Shown: piece by piece, positions 15,231 to 20,000 of the stretch
Layout: every line of letters begins with the position of its first letter
Position numbering within the stretch: the first letter of the stretch is position 1
IMG/VR virus record: IMGVR_UViG_3300006923_000016
Span: 58,018-78,017 of that record
Source of the DNA: an uncultured virus (IMG/VR IMGVR_UViG_3300006923_000016)
Taxonomy: Duplodnaviria > Heunggongvirae > Uroviricota > Caudoviricetes
Reading direction: 5' to 3' (one strand)
Length of the DNA: 20,000 nucleotides
Translations under genes and position numbers: made by a program
The notes under the pieces: generated by a model
The model's input: only the letters and a program-made list of their open reading frames with translations
Databases searched by the model: none
What the model was told of the DNA's origin: nothing

Positions 15231-17094
15231 CAGATTCTCGCACCAACAATGAGTAGTCGGAAATGATTGGGGTATTTCGTGTGGTGAGCAAGTCAGTGGA
15301 CCTAGCAATTACCTTTAGATACATCTTGCTATAGCTGACTACGTCTAGGTTTGGGAGATATTCGAATAGCAATCCATTGTCGCCTACCCGGACTGTTCTC
15401 AAATCATTAAGCCACACTGGTTCACCCGTAAGGGTTGGGTGTGCTGTAGCTACAGTATAACTGACCGTATAGCTACTAGCGGATAGGTAATCATTTAGCC
15501 GCACATGTAATCTAATTGGAGGGCCAACAGGGGCTGTTGCTGGAGCTGGACCGTAGACATTACCACCATCAACACTAAAGTCATAATCAGTATCAAGGGT
15601 TAGTAGAGTGTGATCTCTATAGACTTGAACCGTTGAAAGCACTGGATAAAATCTAGTCTTGGCAAAGCCACTAGCATCTGCAACTAATACTTCCTTTTCT
15701 ATGGTTTTACTCGTGGGAAAGATAGGTATTGTTTCTACGTAGACAAGAGCGTCATCTTCATTATAGTTGTACTTGGAAAGCGTGAACTCGATAGCATCCA
15801 TCACAAGTCCAGTAGAGCTTTCACTTTGAACGATTGTGCTCTTGAGCGCAACCTCTGCTACGGCCTTATCTGTGGTGACTTCCCTTGAAACGTAGACTCC
15901 CTTGTGTTCAAAGGTTGACAAGTCTACAGAAATGAAGTCAAACCCTATTGTATAAAGATAACCCTTCGAGTAAACCGTCTGAGGCCCACTACCAAAAGAA
16001 ACACCATAGGCGGTTGCCTGATCAATCAGATCAAAGATAGTAGTAGTCGTCTCAGGAGCATCAGCATAGGAGAAGTCAATCAATTCTGTATAAGATTTCT
16101 GAGTGAACTGTAAGATAATCTCTCGAGTATCGATCTTTTCAAAATAGATAACAGCTCGCTCTAGAAGAGTAAACGAATCTGAAAGCAATGAATACCACAA
16201 GCCATCCGTAGACAAGTAAAGAATCTGAGCTAGATCAAACTGTGTATCGGTGTAGGGGACTAAAGTTAGTGAATTAATTGAGCGATATCCACCCAGGTCT
16301 AGCCTAAGAGAAAGCTTAGCTCCATCTACTGGTGGACTGATTGGGTTTTGGAAAGCATCTTCATCTAGGCGAAGGATAGACCTTACCCAATAAAGCCCAT
16401 CTCCTTCTGCCGTGATATTAAACAGGGAGTTATCATCAGGGTCAACATTAAGATCACTAGGGGTTGAGTCTGCCCCTTCGTAAAGCTGAATCCCTACAAT
16501 GGTTGAGTTAGTTTTACTTAAGGTCGGTAGAGCTAGGCCTTCCTGATGGACATCAATTAGCAAATCATAGCTAGGCCCGAGCGGAGATCCCTTACGGGAA
16601 TCATAATAGAGATCACTAGCTACAGGATGCGCACGACTAAGTCCCGTAGCTCCAAGCATGTTGAAGCTGTTAACGATAGCCAGGTTATAATTACTCTCGT
16701 CAGCAAGCAATTCAAGCGTCGAGATATTAGAGTCAAGAGCAGAGAGAGCGTTCCTTACATCAATGATATGCTCTTCCATTAGGTCACGATGACCAAGGAC
16801 AGCATCCTGCAAAGCATCAAGCTCAGTAAAGACAGTCTGCATGTCAAGACGCATCATGCGAATTTCATGATTGAGCCGACCGTTGTCTACAAGCTCACCC
16901 CCCAACACATAAAAGAAAGTAAAGAGAGGAGCATTAATTGCTTGAAGCTCAGCGCTAAGCCGAGTCAAGTCATCGAGGAAGGCTTGCTGAGTAGCATACT
17001 TCCCACCATCTTCTCCTTCCTTTAATAGCTGAGCAACCTGAGCCCTTTGAGAGGCACTCATCGTTGAAGCAAATCGTGAGATAATCTTAGCCAT
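15220..17094 (-). CDS. Putative virion structural protein (coiled coil + discoidin-like beta-sandwich), paralogue 1 of 3, 624 aa
   Basis: Segments RNALSALDSNISTLELL, LRLDLGGYRSINSLTLVP, FEKIDTREIILQFTQ, YTIGFDFISV and C-terminal TPIISDYSLLV. Confidence 0.6.
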   Translation of the reverse strand: MAKIISRFASTMSASQRAQVAQLLKEGEDGGKYATQQAFLDDLTRLSAELQAINAPLFTFFYVLGGELVDNGRLNHEIRMMRLDMQTVFTELDALQDAVLGHRDLMEEHIIDVRNALSALDSNISTLELLADESNYNLAIVNSFNMLGATGLSRAHPVASDLYYDSRKGSPLGPSYDLLIDVHQEGLALPTLSKTNSTIVGIQLYEGADSTPSDLNVDPDDNSLFNITAEGDGLYWVRSILRLDEDAFQNPISPPVDGAKLSLRLDLGGYRSINSLTLVPYTDTQFDLAQILYLSTDGLWYSLLSDSFTLLERAVIYFEKIDTREIILQFTQKSYTELIDFSYADAPETTTTIFDLIDQATAYGVSFGSGPQTVYSKGYLYTIGFDFISVDLSTFEHKGVYVSREVTTDKAVAEVALKSTIVQSESSTGLVMDAIEFTLSKYNYNEDDALVYVETIPIFPTSKTIEKEVLVADASGFAKTRFYPVLSTVQVYRDHTLLTLDTDYDFSVDGGNVYGPAPATAPVGPPIRLHVRLNDYLSASSYTVSYTVATAHPTLTGEPVWLNDLRTVRVGDNGLLFEYLPNLDVVSYSKMYLKVIARSTDLLTTRNTPIISDYSLLVRESDAI

Positions 17095-17561
17095 TATGAA
17101 TCTTCTTGCTGGTAGTCGAGCTCCAATTCAAAGAATAGTCTCCGAGCAACCACTGCAGCTGGAACCACTACTTGAATAGAAATAGTAACACTCGCTCCAG
17201 GCTCAACCTGATTACTGTCATCTCCAGTACCCACCGACAGAGCCACTGGAGTGGCCGCTGTGCCCATATTATAAGTACACTGAGTAGTGGCTACCCCCTG
17301 GACAATAAAGGCTCCCTCAGTGGGGTCTGCTTGTCCCCAGCCTAGGATGTCATACCAGTCAATAGTCTTCCCCAATGAGCTTGGGAAGTCCTTCTCTCCT
17401 TCGGTGACCGCCTCCTTAATATAGAAGCCAACGCTTGTAGCCTTCTTGTCAATAGAGGTGTTAGTAATAGTGAACTGATACAGGGTAGATCCCAGTACTG
17501 CATATGGCTCATCGATAAGACTGCCATCAGATGTAAGCTCAACGCTCCATGTCACTGCCAT
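17094..17561 (-). CDS. Small acidic beta-sandwich (Ig-like) protein, probably a virion component, 155 aa
   Basis: TAATG overlaps at both ends. Beta-strand pattern YQFTITN ... VEPGASVTISIQVVVP ... FELELDY. Confidence 0.6.
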   Translation of the reverse strand: MAVTWSVELTSDGSLIDEPYAVLGSTLYQFTITNTSIDKKATSVGFYIKEAVTEGEKDFPSSLGKTIDWYDILGWGQADPTEGAFIVQGVATTQCTYNMGTAATPVALSVGTGDDSNQVEPGASVTISIQVVVPAAVVARRLFFELELDYQQEDS

Positions 17562-19657
17562 TAGTAAATCCTAATTCCCTGAATGCCACTCTTAGGCCCT
17601 TCGATGCTAGAAGGGCTAAGGGCTGTAATGTAGTAATAGTAGACAGCGCCAACAACAAGGCCCTGGTCAAGGTATTCGTTACACGCCCCACTACCATCTC
17701 CTGCCACAGTAGCTATAAGGTTATAAACCCCATTAATACTGTTGCTGCGATAGATTTTGAATTGATAGGATGGGTCTTCTCTATACCAAGTAAGCCGAGC
17801 TTCTGCCGGATTGTCATTGTATAAGCCTCGGTATTCTTTCGATAGAGGATGATAATCTGCACCACCACAACCCCATTCAGGGATGACTCCATCGAATCTA
17901 ATGATAGCATATTCACCTGCGCTCATATGCTTTTGAACCAAGTCTCTAATCTGCTGCATTGTAAACTCTCCACCATAGTCTAGGTGAAGGGTATAGGGCA
18001 CCTTAACAACAAGAGCACCATACCTTGGCCAAGGATATCCACCAGCAGGAGCAACGCCTGGAATGTAGGCGACTCTTGGCTGTGCCAAGATTGCATTGTC
18101 TTCCCAAGCAATGTTAATCCCACCACCCGGCACTCTCACATCCAGCTCTAGATCTGCTGCACCAATAGAGCAAGTAACAAAGATCTCTGCAAGGGTAAGG
18201 TATTCGGCAGGAAGACTTACACTACCTGAAGCCCCATCATTTATGTATAGAGATCCAATGATGTTGTCTGGATTGTAATCACCATTATCATCAACCTCTG
18301 CGAACTCAGGCTGACTTGCGAAAACAATAACATTATCTTCCACTAGAAGATACCAAATAGAGTGATTACCATCGGGCTGATCGGGCTGTAGGTAGATAAC
18401 GATCTGCTTGCCCAGCACTGCTGGATTGAGGAAAGGATTGAGGTTCAGGTCCTTAAACTCATAAGCAACAGCCTTATAGTTATAGTAGGCAAGGATCTTA
18501 AACTTGTCGGCAATGAGGTTTTCGCTTAGCCGGACAATCCCACCTGGTTCATCGTAGTCAAGAATCTTATCTGTAAAGTCAATATCGGTAGTGCTGAACT
18601 TTGTTCCAATGCGAGCGGGGTCTGTAGTGAAAGCAAACTTTGCATCTCCTGTTGTTTTCTCTACAAGAATAATATCCAAGTGAGTATAGGAAACACTATC
18701 AACATAAAGGTTCTCTCTTTGGAGTTTAATCAAAGCAGGAGACATCTTTATTGCTGTCTCTGCAATGGCCTTTAAATATGGCTTTACTGGAGTGAAATCA
18801 AGATTGTCAAACTCACTAACAGAGTAGGTGTGAGGAACACCATCAATGGTTGCAGTAAAGAAGCCATCAGTAATAGAGATGTACCACGGATCAGAGATAC
18901 TAGTTAGCGTAGGAGGAAGCACAGCAATCTGACTTTCTCTCTTTTCCTTCATGTAATAGGTAGCGAAGTGCGGCATACTAAGAACGAGATTAGGTTCAGT
19001 TCCCGTCACCCAATAGGCAGGAGCATCAGAATAGATAAGCCCAGTGTCTGGGTCAATGTCATCAATCGTCACTTCACGATAGGCATCCTCAGAGTTAAGG
19101 ATTTCTTCATGGCTTGTCCCGTCTGCCTCTATCCACTGGACATAGTAAACCGTGTAGCGTCCAGTATCCTCATCGAAACTATTCTTAAGGTCTGTGTATA
19201 GATCACGTCCACCTGGGGAGAGGATAAAATGAATAGGGTCTACTACCGTTAAGGCTCCATCCCACTGAATAGCTTGGATACTAATTCCATTAGGCGGAAC
19301 CACCATTGGTAATCTATGCCTGTAGAACAAGGGGATCTTAAGTCCAGCATTGTCTGTGGAAGCCTGATCTGTAATAAGAACATTAAGCGTAGCTACATCA
19401 AGGATTGATCCTGCCTCAACTGTAATTCCATCATCAAATACCAAAGAAGCATTCTCTGGAATAGATGCGCTTAAGTCTGTGATGTTCAACACATCCAAAG
19501 CATTCACTACGGGCCAGCCCAGAAACTCTACGCCCACACCAGTATGAGGCACGCGAGTGCTGTAGCGAATATAGTCAAGTCGCTTTTGAACAACCTGTAG
19601 CATCCCCATTGAGTCTGTATAGGATAAGCCTGTATGAAGTAGCTCCAGTGTGAGCAT
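17561..19657 (-). CDS. Putative virion structural protein with a C-terminal fibronectin type III-like domain, 698 aa
   Basis: The C-terminus ARLTW...FKIYRS...YLDQGLVVGAVYYYYITALSPSSIEGPKS matches the FN3 W...Y.IYRS...Y.D..L..G..Y.Y.V.A pattern. The rest is acidic and beta-rich. TAATG overlaps at both ends. Confidence 0.65.
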   Translation of the reverse strand: MLTLELLHTGLSYTDSMGMLQVVQKRLDYIRYSTRVPHTGVGVEFLGWPVVNALDVLNITDLSASIPENASLVFDDGITVEAGSILDVATLNVLITDQASTDNAGLKIPLFYRHRLPMVVPPNGISIQAIQWDGALTVVDPIHFILSPGGRDLYTDLKNSFDEDTGRYTVYYVQWIEADGTSHEEILNSEDAYREVTIDDIDPDTGLIYSDAPAYWVTGTEPNLVLSMPHFATYYMKEKRESQIAVLPPTLTSISDPWYISITDGFFTATIDGVPHTYSVSEFDNLDFTPVKPYLKAIAETAIKMSPALIKLQRENLYVDSVSYTHLDIILVEKTTGDAKFAFTTDPARIGTKFSTTDIDFTDKILDYDEPGGIVRLSENLIADKFKILAYYNYKAVAYEFKDLNLNPFLNPAVLGKQIVIYLQPDQPDGNHSIWYLLVEDNVIVFASQPEFAEVDDNGDYNPDNIIGSLYINDGASGSVSLPAEYLTLAEIFVTCSIGAADLELDVRVPGGGINIAWEDNAILAQPRVAYIPGVAPAGGYPWPRYGALVVKVPYTLHLDYGGEFTMQQIRDLVQKHMSAGEYAIIRFDGVIPEWGCGGADYHPLSKEYRGLYNDNPAEARLTWYREDPSYQFKIYRSNSINGVYNLIATVAGDGSGACNEYLDQGLVVGAVYYYYITALSPSSIEGPKSGIQGIRIY

Positions 19658-20000
19658 TAGCCGCCTCGGGTGATAAAGGTGTGGTTGAAGTTGACTTTGA
19701 TAGCGTATAGCGTGAAGAAGGACGCGCCACTAGTCCATTCTGGATAGATTCTCAGGTAAATACGATTGTCGGACTTGTCGATAGTCTGAACAATATCAAA
19801 GCTGGTGGTGTGTGAGCCGTCGGCATCGCCCATTGAGTCGTCATCATCCATGAGTACTTCACCAGCTTGTGTCCATGGGTCGTGATATAGATCGACATTA
19901 ACAACTCGGCTACCGCTTGCTGCTGATTCCCACCTGTATCTCATCTCAACACTGGTGATTGATGAACCCTGAGGAAGGTGTGCTCCTAGGTCAAGAATGA
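19657..20000 (-). CDS. 3' end of a larger gene (partial), with a beta-sandwich C-terminal domain of a probable virion/fibre protein
   Basis: The frame stays open upstream of ATG 19944 to the window edge (ILDLGAHLPQGSSITSVEMRYRW...), so the 95-aa ORF is probably only a C-terminal fragment. Its TAA overlaps the next ATG. Confidence 0.7.
   Translation of the reverse strand, partial: ILDLGAHLPQGSSITSVEMRYRWESAASGSRVVNVDLYHDPWTQAGEVLMDDDDSMGDADGSHTTSFDIVQTIDKSDNRIYLRIYPEWTSGASFFTLYAIKVNFNHTFITRGG

Noticed and set aside
816..15308. Longest-ORF starts at 839, 3542, 6788 and 15308
   Set aside because: They create long overlaps with upstream genes. Starts at 815, 3512, 6713 and 15230 give shorter or coupled overlaps, mostly with better RBS placement.
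8536..17094. Many N-X-S/T sequons in the structural proteins as evidence of N-glycosylation
   Set aside because: Expected by chance in Asn/Ser/Thr-rich proteins. No oligosaccharyltransferase is present, and I could not test enrichment.
5711..17916. Alternative-frame minus-strand ORFs (5711-5920, 8916-9407, 9717-9905, 12335-12571, 12764-13105, 17342-17542, 17713-17916)
   Set aside because: They are nested in longer genes. The Leu/Met-rich character of 8916-9407 is the expected off-frame reading of GCT/ACT/GAT codons, not a membrane protein.
18371..18388. Short tandem repeat ATCGGGCTG x2
   Set aside because: Two copies encoding QPDQPD; too short to be meaningful.
1106..19201. Plus-strand ORFs in the track (e.g. 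1106-1531, 4566-4946, 7626-7946, 12717-13130, 18968-19201)
   Set aside because: All lie antisense to well-supported genes and have no recognisable motifs; they are shadow ORFs.
69..19659. Stop-codon reassignment, as seen in some large phages
   Set aside because: TAA, TAG and TGA all end genes at tight junctions, and coding density is near complete under the standard code.
1..20000. CRISPR arrays, tRNA/rRNA genes, IS elements, inteins, diversity-generating retroelement repeats
   Set aside because: There is no non-coding space, and I saw no nucleotide-level repeat arrays or transposase, reverse transcriptase or intein motifs.

Overview
The window is one gap-free run of 15 minus-strand genes, open at both ends. 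Most junctions are overlapping stop/start codons (TAATG, ATGA, TAGTG), and the largest intergenic gap is 26 nt. It reads as part of a large tailed-phage (or prophage) late operon. The right part (8.5-20 kb) encodes acidic, beta-rich virion-type proteins: an FN3-tailed 698-aa protein, a 155-aa protein, three tandem paralogous coiled-coil + discoidin-like proteins (one with a baseplate-type FGDGxxG module), and a fibre-like 508-aa protein. These run directly into a glycan-synthesis cassette (0-8.5 kb): a GT9 heptosyltransferase-like protein, a GT4 protein, an LpxA-like acyltransferase, a truncated UDP-sugar 6-dehydrogenase, a GSCFA protein, a Gfo/Idh/MocA dehydrogenase and two GT2 enzymes. The main hypothesis is a virus-encoded system that makes an unusual acylated amino-uronic sugar and glycosylates the virion or the host envelope. 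The GT9 and GT4 genes look like a duplicated GT9-GT4 fusion in which each copy kept the opposite active site. I saw no RNA genes, CRISPR arrays or mobile elements. All family calls come from motifs recognised by eye, not from database searches.
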